Positions 12,970 through 25,360 of a stretch of 64,000 bases of DNA are shown here, piece after piece. The notes below the pieces were generated by a model, which saw only the letters and a list, made by a program, of their open reading frames with translations, was not told the DNA's origin and ran no database searches. Location of the stretch: NCBI GenBank assembly GCA_043228905.1, contig JBHGNT010000009.1:8370001-8434000 (forward strand). The letters run 5' to 3'. The stretch's first letter is position 1. Every line of letters begins with the position of its first letter. The position numbers and the translations under genes are program-made. The DNA is from Azolla caroliniana. Taxonomy: Eukaryota; Plantae; Polypodiophyta.

Positions 12970-14121
12970 ATGGCCACTGTTAGTGCTGAAGAATATCAAT
13001 CTGTTTTCTCGGAATTTCAATGCTTGAAAGAGAAGTTCCATGCTTTGGAACAAGAAAACCAACGGTTGTTGGGGGATCTTTAGCAAATCTCCTTAGAAAA
13101 GCAGCAAACGCAACAACAACATGGGGAACTTACATTACGCGTGCAACAACTCGAAGCAACTATCGTAGCGATGCAACAACAAGGGCCCGGAACACAAGGG
13201 ATTCATAAAGAACCCAAGATTGGCCTTCCCACGAAGTTCGATGGAACGCGATCGCAGTTTAGAGGGTTCCTTAACCAGGTACGATTAGTTATCCAAATGC
13301 ATCCTTCCCAATATCCCACCGATGCATCACGAGTGGGTTTAGTAGGCACTTTGTTAAGTGGCTCAGCGTTGTCATGGTTCGCTCCACTATTAGAAAAGGA
13401 ATCTCCGTTAGTCAACAATTTTGAAGAGTTTCTAGGTGAGTTTAAAGCATGTTTCGGAGATACTGACAACATCAGGACCGCAATCAACAAAATTTGGCGA
13501 TTACGCCAAGGTGACCGTCCAGCCTCCGCATACGCTGCAGATTTTCGCCTACTCGCCGTCGATATCCCTTGGGATGATGAAGCGTTGATGGAGCAATTCC
13601 ATTATGGTTTACGCAACGACGTCAAGGATTTACTCTTGACATTCCCCGAAGAGCCAAAGTCCTTAACAGAAGCAATTAGTCGCGCGGTGAGATGTGACAA
13701 CCGCCTCTTTGAGCGACGTTCGGAAAGACAGCTACAGATGTCGAGGCCAAGATCAGAGCCCACCTACGCCTCAGTGGTAGCAAGACCTTTTCCGAGGGAG
13801 TCATATAATGCGCCTCCAGCAAATACTCCGACTCCGATGGAGATTGACACTACACGTCGTCAAGGGCCATTATCCGAAGAAGAAAAGCAATGACGCCGTA
13901 CAAATCGACTATGTCTTTACTGCGGTGGACAAGGACATATCGCAATAAATTGCCCCCATAGGCCAAGAAGACAGGTAAACCAAATAGTCGCTAGTTCTAA
14001 TTGTACTAAACGCGAGCCTATTTCAGTAGGGATATCTGATAGTCCTAATAGTACTAATAGCCCAGATCTAGCAAACAAATTTGATGTCCTTAGTCAGTTA
14101 GAACAAGAGTTAAACGACTAA
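12970..14121 (+). pseudogene. gag of gypsy C (early frameshift and premature TGA at 13891)
   Basis: EPKIGLPTKFDG, LRQG...Y..DF, PTPMEID, CLYCGGQGHIAINC zinc knuckle. Confidence 0.88.
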
Positions 14122-17100
14122 GTGCAACCAAAATAGGAGCCGTTTGGTTGGACAACCCTAGATCTGTGCAGCTCATTAGTGGTTCCATTCCGTCTAAGCA
14201 AGTTAGTGATGTGTTCGTAGCCCAAGTAATAGGTAGTACTAAAAGTACCCCTCCAGTACATGTCCTAGCACTCCTAGATTCCGGAGCTAACTCTTGCTTT
14301 ATGGATAAGAAATTTGCTCAAGCTCATAAGATATCCCTAAGAAAACTCCAGTGTCCATCCTCTGTAGTAGTCATTGATGGACGTCCCATTGCTTCCGGAA
14401 ATATCATAGAAGAGTCAGAGCCCATTAATATTGTCCTAGATAACTTAGCATGTGTAGTATCATTTAATATTATTAGTATCCCAGAACATCTTATAGTTTT
14501 AAGATTACCGTGGTTCGAGTTACATAATCCAGACATAGATTGGAGAACAAGAGAAATCCGATGTCGACAAACCCAAGGGACAACTCAGAAGATGGCAACC
14601 ATTTCGCTTCGTCAGTTGCGTAAAGAAGGGCACGAGGAGGAAATGTTCCTCTTTGCAATATCAGTAAACCCCTCCAGCACCACTAAAGAAGATTCCACCG
14701 TTCAACTTCCCGAGAAGTATCGTCATTACGCCGATGTGTTCGATAAAGTACAAGCCAACACACTTCCTCATCATCGACCGTACGATTGCCCCATCGATTT
14801 ACAACCGGGAAAAGAGCCGCCATGGGGAATGATCTACAATTTGTCACCAACCGAGCTGGAAGTCCTTCGGGCCTATATCGAGGAGAATTTGGAAAATGGT
14901 TTCATTCGACATTCGAAATCTCCAGCCGGCGCGCCCATTTTCTTCGTCAAGAAAAAAGATGGATCGCTTCGTCTCGTTGTAGATTATCGGGGCTTGAATA
15001 AGGTTACAATCAGGAATAGGTATGATCTTCCCCTTATCTCAAGTCTTTTAGAATGGATCAATGGTGCCAGGTTCTTCACGAAGATCGACTTACGGGGAGC
15101 ATATAACCTCGTACGGATCCGACCAGGAGACGAATGGAAGACCGCGTTTCGTACCAGATATGGGCACTTCGAGTATACGGTCATGCCGTTCGGCCTCACT
15201 AATGCGTCGACAGTCTTCCAACACATGGCTAATGATATATTCCGAGATCTATTGGATGATTGTTTGATCATCTATTTGGATGATCTACTGGTTTATTCAA
15301 AGACCCAAGAAGAACATGATTCTCATGTACTATTAGTACTAAAACGACTTCGAGAACATGTTCTGTATGCAAAGCTGGAAAAATGTAGTTTCGGGTGCAA
15401 CCAAGTGGAATTTCTCGGCTACATCATTTCGTCAGAAGGCATCTCCATGGACCCAGCTAAGGTCAAAATGGTGGTAGAATGGCAGACTCCACGTTCGGTG
15501 CGGGATGTGCAATGCTTCCTAGGCTTTGCCAATTTTTACCGGAAGTTCATACAAGATTACTCAAAGATCGTTCTACCTCTCACACAACTTACCAGGAAGG
15601 GACAACCGTTCATCTGGTTTGAAGAAATAGACATGGCTTTCGAGAGTCTTAAAAAGGCATTTACATCGACTCCAATTCTAGCTCATGTCGATCCGGAAAA
15701 AGCATTCATTATCGAAGCTGACGCATCGGATTTTGCATTGGGGAGCATTCTGTCACAACAGGGGAATGATGAGAAGCTACATCCTATGGCTTTTCACTCA
15801 CGCAAGTTTGACGCAATTCATGATAAGGAGCTATTGGCAATAGTGGATTCTTTTATGCAATGAAGGCATTTTCTGGAGGGATCCTCTCATCCAGTCACCG
15901 TATTTAGTGATCACAAGAATCTCTCCTACTTTCAGGATGCTCGTGTGTTGAATCGACGTCAAGCTCGGTGGGCCCACTTCCTCACGCGTTTCGACTTCAA
16001 AATTACATATCGTCCGGGGAAGCACCAAGGGAAGGCAGATGCATTAACACGACGTTCGTATCTAGCACCCCGTCCCGGCGAGCCAGCTTTCGATAACCAA
16101 AAACAAGTCATCTTGGGACCGGCACGACTACAAGCAACACAAATCTTTGACATGCCCATGGATTCCCGCGTTATCGATACCATACGTGAAGACTTGAAGA
16201 CAGATGCGTTCGCCCAAGCTATACTAGCACAAATTGATCCCTCTTGAGCGTCGTGTTCACAGTCGCAACCACCAGGTACGGACTATCGGCAATTCAAATA
16301 CCATGATGGATTACTCTTCTTTAAAGAACTTTTGTATGTTCCTAATGGTTCTTGCCGCCTTCGAGTAGTTCAAAACTGCCATGACACATACATAGCTGGG
16401 CATTTTGGTAGTACTAAAACATTACATTTAGTACAATGATCATTCTGGTGGCCCTGTATGCGACAATTTGTCGAGGATTTTGTTCGGACTTGTGATACAT
16501 GTTGTAGAGCGAAAATGCCAAGGCATCATCCATATGGTTTATTAGAACCATTACCAATTCCAAGCAAGTCGTGACAATCCATTGCTCTAGACTTCATCAT
16601 AAATCTTCCAGTCTCTAAGGGGTTCAATGCGATTCTAACGGTGGTCGATCGATACACGAAGATGGCTCATTTCTTGCCATGTACTAAGGAGATCTCCAGT
16701 GAGGACACTGCCGAAATTGTCATGCATGAAGTATGTCGGCATCATGGACTTCCTGATAGTATCATCAATGACCGTGGACCCCAGTTCGTGTCAAAATTCT
16801 GGGAGCACCTTTTTAACATGCTCAAGGTCTCTTGTAACCTCTCCTCCGGCTACCACCCACAAACCGACGGCCAAGCTGAACGAACAAATCAAACACTGGA
16901 GCAGTATCTGCGGTGCTTTCTCAGTTATCATCAGGACGACTGGGCAGATATTCTCCACTTCGCCGAATTTGCCTATAACAACTCTATCCACGCATCCACT
17001 AAAGTTACGCCATTTTATGCTTGTACTGGATGTCACCCCCGGTGGAGTGTACTTAAAACCCCAGAGGTGTCCACAAATCCGTGCGCGGAGGATCGTTTGG

Positions 17101-17687
17101 AACGGTTACGCAAGATACAAGCGGATTTATATACTCATCTTCAGCAAGCTCAACAAACACACAAGGTCTACGCGGATCGTCATCGACTTCCATCCAGTTT
17201 TAATATTGGAGATCGGGTGTGGCTGCTACGACGACACATCAAGACTACTCGCCCATGTGAGAAGTTGGATTATCGGCGATTAGGTCCTTTCCGTATTATT
17301 GGACAGATTAATGATGTCGCTTTTCGTCTCGATCTACCTCCTCAACTTCGGATACATCCGGTGTTTCATAGTTCTCTCCTTGAACCCTACCACGAGAGCA
17401 CCATCCCAGGATGTCTTATCCAACCTCCACCCCCGATCAACCTTGAAGATGGGCCGGAGTACGAGGTTGCCGCCATCCTTGATTCCAAGATTGTTCGCAA
17501 CAAGCTCTACTATCTAGTCGATTGGCTAGGCTATAGTCCCAGCAAACGTACTTGGGAACCGATCGAGAATATGACCAATGCTCGTGCTCTTCTTGAAGAC
17601 TTCCATTGTCAATATCCACACAAACCAGGTCCTCAATCCAAGACGACTCGTGACACTCGTCGTTTTAAAGGGAGGATAGTGTCATGA
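14112..17687 (+). pseudogene. pol of gypsy C (PR, RT, RNase H, integrase, chromodomain) with several nonsense codons
   Basis: ALLDSGA, YLDDLL, EADASDFA, YHPQTDGQAER, GPF, EYEVAAILDSK...YLVDWLGY...TWEP chromodomain. Confidence 0.93.
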
Positions 17688-17977
17688 TATGGCAAGACTC
17701 GAACCCATGACCTTAGGTTATATGGGTCGAGCTCTTTACCATTAGACCATCTATTGTAATACGTAGGATATTATTTTCATTTACATTTTATTATAGGAAA
17801 TTAGTGTATATTCCAGATTTCTCTCGAACATTCTAGAAGCTTCAGGATTACTCCTGAAAACACTATAAAAGAGGGCACTAGGCATTATGTTGAACCAAAT
17901 TGGTTCAACGCCAGTCTTAAGACTTTTAGCCACCATTGTATATTCTCTTCATATAATACATATCTTTCTTATCATCA

Positions 17978-18027
<50 letters not shown>

Positions 18028-18129
18028 CTCGCTCACTCCTTCCTTCTCTCGAAGAAGTTCTGCACCTCTCATAGTACGAATCCTTCGTTTAGTACTAATT
18101 CCTTCTCTGTCTCAGTACTATTCCTGACA
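17680..18129 (+). repeat. 3' LTR of gypsy C, with expanded (CT)n
   Basis: TG...CA ends; matches the 5' LTR. Confidence 0.95.
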
Positions 18130-20006
18130 GCGAGTAGTGGTGAAGTAGACAAGGTTCTTGTGATCGGCCACCACCTGGACACGGTGTTGGGCGCTCTCCA
18201 AGTAAGGACACCCTTCTTCAAAGGCGGCAATAATGGCAGAGAGTTCTTTGTCGTAAACTGGGTAGTTGATCTCAGGGGGTGTGAACTTCTGAGAATAAAA
18301 GGCAACAAGATGAAGGATCCCATTGTTATCTGATTGAGAGAGAATGGCACCAATGGCGAAGTCAGAGGCATCAATTTCGATCATAAATGGTTTGGTCAGA
18401 TCTAGGTGTAGATCTAGGTTTGGTCAGATCTAGGTGTCTCGAATGCCAGTTGGGTTGTAGGAGTCCAGCAAAAAGGAGAATCTTTCTGAGTGAGTGCTAT
18501 AAGGGGTTGCGCCAATGTAGAGAATCCTTGAATGAATTGACGATAGAAGTTGGCAAAACACAAAAATGATTGCATATCCTTGATCCTGGTGGGGACTTCC
18601 CACTCTTGAACCGTTGCGACTTTCTTCTTGTCCATAGTGAGACCATTAGATGAAATAACATACCCGAGGAATTCAATTGAGGTTCGATCAAACTCACACT
18701 TCTCAGGTTTTGCATAAAGTCCATGTTTCCGAAGTTTGGACAGGATAAGTTGGATGTGCTTGGTGTGCTCTATGTAGTCCTGTGAGAAGATAAGTATGTC
18801 GTCGAGATAGATGATCACAAATTGGTCCAAATATTCTCGGAAGATATCATTCATCATATGTTGAAAAATTGGATGAATGTTTGTGAGACCAAATGGCATT
18901 ACTGTGTATTCAAAATGCTTGTACCTTGTTCGAAATGTCGTTTTCCACTCATCTCCATGCTTGATACGCACCAAGTTGTAGGCACCTCTGAGATCGATTT
19001 TGGAGAATATACACCTAGCCCGAAGTCGGTTGAGGAGTTCGGGGATTAGAGGTAGTGGATAGCAGTTTCGAACAGTGACTCGATTGTGCCCGCGATAGTC
19101 GATACATAAGCGTAACGTTCCATATTTCTTTTTGACAAATAGGGTAGGATAGCCAACTAGAGATTTTGAGTGGCGAATAAATCCCTTTGTGAGATTCTCT
19201 TCAATATATATTTTGAGGGCCTTGAGTTCAGATTCAGATAACCCATAGACAGGGCAAAAAGGAGGACAAGCACGATCTTTCAAGTCAATTGGACAATCGT
19301 ATGGGCAATGTTCAAGCAGACGCTCAACTTTTTTCTTCTCAAATACATCAAAGAAGTCATTGTATTTTGATGGAAAAGAGCTAGTACATAGGGCAATGTC
19401 TGGAGTGGACATGACCGCCATGTCCTTAGAATTAGAAATGGATGCAATCAACACTATATCACTTACCCGAGCAAGGGTGGAAACTGTTTTTGAGGCCGAA
19501 GCAGGAGTAACTATCGATGTTGTTTCTATTGGAGTAACCGTTGACACGGTACTCGCGGAAGAGGAAATGGGAGAGACCGCTAACTTGGTCCTAACCGTAG
19601 CAGAAATGGGAGTTGCCTCCAAAACATGAGTGGGAGCAACCGTTGACGGGTGAAAGCATGCGAGTGGAAACAATTAGCTATGTCCTTGACATAGCTAATT
19701 AGCTATGCAAAAAGCTACCATTGATAAATAGTCATTTTAGTAAAAAGCCATCATTAATAAATTAAGTATGCAAAAAACTACCATTGAAAATACTAGAGTG
19801 TTTTAATTACATATGTAAATGAGTGCCATAAATGTGCAACATAAATTGATGTGTGCACCATAAATGTGTACCATAAATTATATATCGAATTCCTAGGTCC
19901 ATTATGCATGATCCTTTGCCACATCACGTAGGCCATCTCTAGTTGAGTACTGTGGGTTAGTTGCTACAGCCTACCACTGTTGCTAAACCCTATCGAGTCC
20001 ACCTGC

Positions 20007-20880
20007 CGCCACTCTACACTGAGGGGCTGCTACTGTGCGTTCCAAGCATCATCAAAGAGCTGCTCAATCTGACGGGGTTCTCTTCTCTGTGACACTCTAC
20101 ACTCAGGGGCCACTATTGTGCATTCCAAGCATCATCAAAGAGTTGTTCAATCTGACGGGGTTCTCTTCTCTGTGCCACTCTACACTCAGGGGCCATTACT
20201 GTGCGTTCCAAGCATCATCAAAGAGCTGTTCAATCTGAGGGGGTTCTCTTCTCTGTGCCACTCTACACTCAGGGGCCATTACTGTGCGTTCCAAGCATCA
20301 TCAAAGAGCTGTTCAATCTGAGGGGGTTCTCTTCTCTGTGCCACTCTACACTCAGGGGCCGCTGCTGTGCGTTCCAAGCATCATCAAAGAGTTGTTCAAT
20401 CTGACGGGGTTCTCTTCTCTTTGCCACTCTACACTCAGGGGTTGCTACTGTGCGTTCCAAGCATAATCGAAGAGCTATTCAATCTGACGGGGTTCTCTTC
20501 TCTTTTCCACTCTCACTCAGGGGCCGCTACTGTGCGTTTCAAGCATCATTGGTAACTGTTCAATCTGACGGGGTTCTCTTCTCTTTTCCACTCTCACTCA
20601 GGGGCCGCTACTGTGCGTTTCAAGCATCATTGGTAACTGTTCAATCTGACGGGGTTCTCTTCTCTATGCCACTCTATTCTCAAGTGCCTTCTATGTGCGT
20701 TTCAAGCATCATCGGTAACTGTTCAATCTGACGGGGTTCTCTCCTCCATTGCCATCATTCTATACTCAGTTGCCACTACTGTCCAGTCCCGGATTGCTTC
20801 CACATTTCGATTTGACGGAGTTCACTCATCCAACGGCAACATTCTACACTCAGTTGTTGCCATTGGTCGGTCTTGGATCG
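20007..20880 (+). repeat. ~83-bp tandem repeat, about 9 copies plus 2 decayed, upstream of the transposase
   Basis: Unit GCCACTCTACACTCAGGGGCC...CAAGCATCATCAAAGAG...GGGGTTCTCTTCTCTGT; ORF starts spaced 83 bp apart (20035, 20118, 20201...). Confidence 0.93.
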
Positions 20881-21077
20881 CCTCCTCAACTGTTGGATCC
20901 AACAGAGTGAAATCCTCTACTGTTCGGTCTTGGATTGCAATAACTTTTCTGTCTATTGATTATCTTGTGTATTGTTGTGTCTAATCTTGTGTATTGTGTG
21001 GAATATTTTTGTGTATTGTTGTTGCCCATAGCCATCTTTAATACTTGTTTTTTTTTCTGGAAATTTAGGGTTTTAAC

Positions 21078-21827
21078 ATGTCTAGCCAAATGGAAGGGGA
21101 AGAAGGGTGTTTAGAATTACCCCTCAATGATCATAAGGATAGGGATGATGTTATCAGGACACAACAAGCCATACGAAACTATTGGGCAGAAAAAAAAAGG
21201 AAACATCGTCAATTGTTGAAGGATACGAAAGCCACACTCAGTAAAGGTAAGGATAGTTTAGATGAGAATGTAAGTAATGCGACTACCATCATAGAGAGAA
21301 AGGTTGTAGACTATTTCAATGTTCAAACCAAGCACATCAGCAATGAAGAAAAGAAGGTAGTACTTTATGGAATATGTAATGATCCATCGATAAAGGACTT
21401 AGTTGATTGTGATGGTCTTAATGCAAACATATCATCTATTTTAGTAAATAATCTTCGTAATAGTTTCGTATCCATGAGCAGGTCAGAAGATGATCTTGTC
21501 TTAAAAAGGTCTAGTCTAATGATGTTACTTAATAGTGATGTTGACGATATAAACATCAGTGAGCTATCTAAGGTAATTGGTGTTAGTAGAAAAACAGTGT
21601 ACAATACAATGAACCGTATAATTTCCTCGGGTGAAGGAACTAGTCTACTAAAGCTAACTACAAGATGTAAGCCAATGACACCCATAACATTTGAAATCAA
21701 GGATGTAATCACAATGTTTTGGACTAATGAGAGTAGGGTTTCACCCAATAAAAAGGATTTATGCAGGAAACGTGTTGGAAGAAATCAATACGAGGAGCAT
21801 CCCATTCATCTTCTTGATGTGCCTCAG
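21078..21827 (+). CDS. Transposase exon 1 (250 aa, HTH-like segment)
   Basis: ATG at 21078; ISELSKVIGVSRKTVYN is HTH-like; CAG|GTATTT donor at 21827/8, phase 0. Confidence 0.8.
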
Positions 21828-21884
21828 GTATTTACATTTATCTCAACATTTGTTTTGACTCTACTCGGAAAGTTAATTAGCTCA

Positions 21885-23130
21885 GTTAGCAGAAAAGCTA
21901 ATTAGCTGTACTGCTAGCTAGTTAGCTATCATGGTAGCTAGTTAGCTATTTCGTTATTACCAGCTAATTAGCTACTAGGAAAGCTAATTAGCTACCATGA
22001 TAGCTAATTAGCTACTATGATAGCTACTACATAGGTAACTGGCTACTCTCAATAGCTACTACCATGATAGCTAATTAGTTAGGATAGCTAATTAGCCACC
22101 ATTATAGCTAATTAGCTACTAGACCAGCTAATTAGCTACCATGATAGCTAATTAGTTACTAGGACAGCTAATTAGCCACCGTGATAGCTAATTAGCTACC
22201 ATGATAGCTAATTAGCTACTATACCAGCTAATTAGCTACCATGATAGCTAATTAGCTACTATACCAGCTAATTAGCTACCATGATAGCTAATTAGTTACT
22301 AGGAAAGCTAATCAGCCACCATTATAGCTAATTAGCTACTAGACTAGCTAATTAGCTACCACGATAGCTAATTAGCTACTAGACCAGCTAATTAGCTACC
22401 ATGATAGCTAATTAGTTACTAGGAAAGCTAATTAGCCACCATGATAGCTAATTAGCTAGTAGACAAGCTAATTAGCCACCATGATAGCTAATTAGCTACT
22501 AGGACAACTAATTAGCTACTACGACAGCTAATTAGCTACCATGATAGCTAATTAGCTACTACGACAGCTAATTAGCTACCATGATAGCTAATTAGCTACT
22601 AGAATAGCTAATTAGCTACTAGAATAGCTAATTAGCTACCATGATAGCTAATTAGCTACTATGACAGCTAATTAGCTACCATGATAGCTAATTAGCTACT
22701 ACGACAGCTAATTAGCTACCATGATAGCTAATTAGCTACTAGAATAGCTAATTAGCTACCATGATAGCTAATTAGCTACTACGACAGCTAATTAGCTACC
22801 ATGATAGCTAATTAGCTACTAGGACAACCAATTAGCTACTAGGACAGCTAATTAGCTACCATGATAGCTAATTAGCTACTACGACAGCTAATTAGCTACC
22901 ATGATAGCTAATTAGCTACTAGAATAGCTAATTAGCTACCATGATAGCTAATTAGCTACTACGACAGCTAATTAACTACCATGATAGCTAATTAGCTACT
23001 AGGACAGCTAATTAGCTACCATGATAGCTAATTAGCTACTAGAATAGCTAATTAGCTACCATGATAGCTAATTAGCTACTACGACAGCTAATTAGCTACT
23101 AGGATAGTTAGCTAGTTACGAGAATAACTA
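21885..23130. repeat. Intronic array of the 14-bp palindrome TAGCTAATTAGCTA, 20-bp period, over 50 units
   Basis: Palindrome plus 6-nt linkers such as CCATGA, CTAGAA, CTACGA, CTAGGA; lies inside intron 21828-23149. Confidence 0.95.
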
Positions 23131-23149
23131 ATTCCCCTTTATTACGCAG

Positions 23150-24991
23150 GTCGATTTATTTATTAGGTTCAAACGAATGCATCCAACTATCAAAGTTCAA
23201 CTACGAACATTCGAGTCTCTTAAGCCACACTTTGTGAGACGCTTAAAGGATCGATACACATGTTGTTGCATTTACCATGTACAGATGGGTTTTCTGAAGG
23301 ACTCTGTTAATCTACTACGTCACCATAGCGCATCCCTAACTAATACAGTTTGCACATGTGGGTGCCAAATCTGTCGATCAAGCCCGCAAGAGGAGTGTAA
23401 ATCATCTGAGCACGTTATCTCTTCCATGAGTTATTTATTAGATTCAATATTGTGTCCGAGAGAATCTGACGCTATCTTCCATATTCATAAATGTGTCATG
23501 GGTTTATGTCAAGATTGTGGCCCTACTAGATTTAGGTGGTGTCCAAATGAATTGAGTAGTGAAATATTGATCTCTGTGAAGTTATTTGAGTCAGTGAACA
23601 CCAATTTCGAAGGAAAGGTGTGTAAAAGAAAGGATCTAGTTCGGAAGATGCTTAAACCAAGGGATTTGGTGTCTCTGTTTGTAGTATCTCTAGGAAAGTT
23701 CATTAAACACAACTTCATTTATTCATGGCAGGCCCATCAGTTTAAGACTTGCATATCTGATTTCCCAAATGATGTAGTAGTCTCAGTAGTAGATTTCGCA
23801 GAGAATTATACTTTCAAGCAGCAGAATGAAATTCAATCTATGCATTGGTGTTCAGTTCAGGTAACCATTTTTGTGCACATAACATATTTTCGAGTTTCAG
23901 GTGATGTTAAAAAAGTAATTCATTTCTTTATTTCCGATGATAAGAAGCATGATACCTTGTTCGTCCAACACTGTTTTAAGTTACATTGGCAGTGGTTATT
24001 AGCTCAACGTTTGGAGCTTACTCAACATTGGGTCTGGTCTGACGGAGCTGCGTCACAATTCAAGGCTCGACGTCCGTTTTATTTTGTGGGGAGGTATCCT
24101 GCTATAACAGGTTTGGAGATGAGATGGAATTTTTTTGGGTCTGGCCATGGTAAAGGTGAACATGATGGTGCAGGGGCTGTTATAAAGCGGGCACTTACCC
24201 ATGAACAACTAAAGACAGATGGTGTGCACATGAATTGTGCATCACATGTAGTTGAATTTTTAAGAACAAATATGTCGACGAGTGCCACAGGTGTTTATTC
24301 CTCGCAAGTTCGAGATATCAAACGTGAATTTTGGGAAGTGAAGATAGATGAAGTAAATAGGGAGAAGACCTGGGAGTGCCAAGGAATTCCCGAATTGCGA
24401 TCTCTGCATGCTGTTCGCGGTTATTCCAGGTTGGATGGTCATTGTATTGCGGTGAGAGAATTGACTTGTTTTTGCTTCCATTGTGTGCAGGGAAATTGGA
24501 GATATTGTCTAAACAAAGCATACATTCAGAATTGGGAGTATCACACTCTGAATGATAAGGAAGCAGTTGATGGAGAAACAGGGCAGAATGCTGACTTCAC
24601 ATATGAGGGACTTGGAGATACTTTGAGTGATGTCCTGAACGTTGGGGATAACTTCGCTGTAAATGCTGAAGAAGGCAATTCAGAGGGTGCTGATTTCTAT
24701 ATATTAAAGTGCACGGTTAGTAAACAGTGTGCAAGGCAGAATATTGTAGATGCATGGGGAAATTTTGTATCTGCCGGGACATTCTACATCGAAGGCATTT
24801 TTTATGCAAAACTAGATGACTACGAATATGTGTACAGGCTGTTAGAAGACAAACCAGCAGCGTATATGTACTCTCATTTGGTCAGATGCATCAACGTCCC
24901 AATGTCAGAATACAATAGCTGCTCCGGTTTATACACTGTTGGTGCTAATGTGTATGAATGTATTTACAATAGTATGCCATGGAATTTGTAG
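23150..24991 (+). CDS. Transposase exon 2 (613 aa; Cys-rich region plus RNase H-fold DDD catalytic domain)
   Basis: tacgcag acceptor at 23149 joins in frame (VDLFIRFKRMHP). Motifs CCCIYH, VVDFAENY, QSMHW, SDDKKHD, WSDGAASQFK, FFGSGHGKGEHDGAGAVIKR; no stops. Confidence 0.88.
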   Translation, partial: VDLFIRFKRMHPTIKVQLRTFESLKPHFVRRLKDRYTCCCIYHVQMGFLKDSVNLLRHHSASLTNTVCTCGCQICRSSPQEECKSSEHVISSMSYLLDSILCPRESDAIFHIHKCVMGLCQDCGPTRFRWCPNELSSEILISVKLFESVNTNFEGKVCKRKDLVRKMLKPRDLVSLFVVSLGKFIKHNFIYSWQAHQFKTCISDFPNDVVVSVVDFAENYTFKQQNEIQSMHWCSVQVTIFVHITYFRVSGDVKKVIHFFISDDKKHDTLFVQHCFKLHWQWLLAQRLELTQHWVWSDGAASQFKARRPFYFVGRYPAITGLEMRWNFFGSGHGKGEHDGAGAVIKRALTHEQLKTDGVHMNCASHVVEFLRTNMSTSATGVYSSQVRDIKREFWEVKIDEVNREKTWECQGIPELRSLHAVRGYSRLDGHCIAVRELTCFCFHCVQGNWRYCLNKAYIQNWEYHTLNDKEAVDGETGQNADFTYEGLGDTLSDVLNVGDNFAVNAEEGNSEGADFYILKCTVSKQCARQNIVDAWGNFVSAGTFYIEGIFYAKLDDYEYVYRLLEDKPAAYMYSHLVRCINVPMSEYNSCSGLYTVGANVYECIYNSMPWNL

Positions 24992-25360
24992 CTACAAGTA
25001 GCACTTACCATGTTCTCTTGTAAAACAAACATGTATTTCGCGAAAACAGATCAATAAATTCGTTTGGAATCAATTTCTTGTATACAGTCTGCTTTCTGTG
25101 CTTCTTTCTCAATAAAATCATGTCTTTTTTGTTAAGTTTTAAGTTATAAGTTATAGCGAAATAGTCATCAGTAGCTAATTAGCTGTACAAATGCAGCTAA
25201 TTAGCTGTACAAATGTAGCTAATTAGCTGTCAATAGCTAAATAGTCATCAATAGAATGAAATCAACAATCTGCAACATATTCCTCAAATTACATAGTAGA
25301 TAAGTACAGTGGGAACAAGTAATTAAATTCTTCATTGAATAATGTCATCTCTTTACATAT

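Larger units (their letters stand above)
12461..18129 (+). mobile_element. Full-length Ty3/gypsy chromovirus (Tcn1-like) element C
   Basis: LTRs 12461-12896 and 17680-18129; perfect 5-bp TSD GCGAG (12456-60, 18130-34); PPT AAAGGGAGGATAG at 17667-79; order gag-PR-RT-RH-INT-chromodomain. Confidence 0.97.

Noticed and set aside
20035-20731. Series of 60-93 aa ORFs (MRSKHHQ...)
   Set aside because: By-products of the 83-bp repeat; the period is not a multiple of 3.
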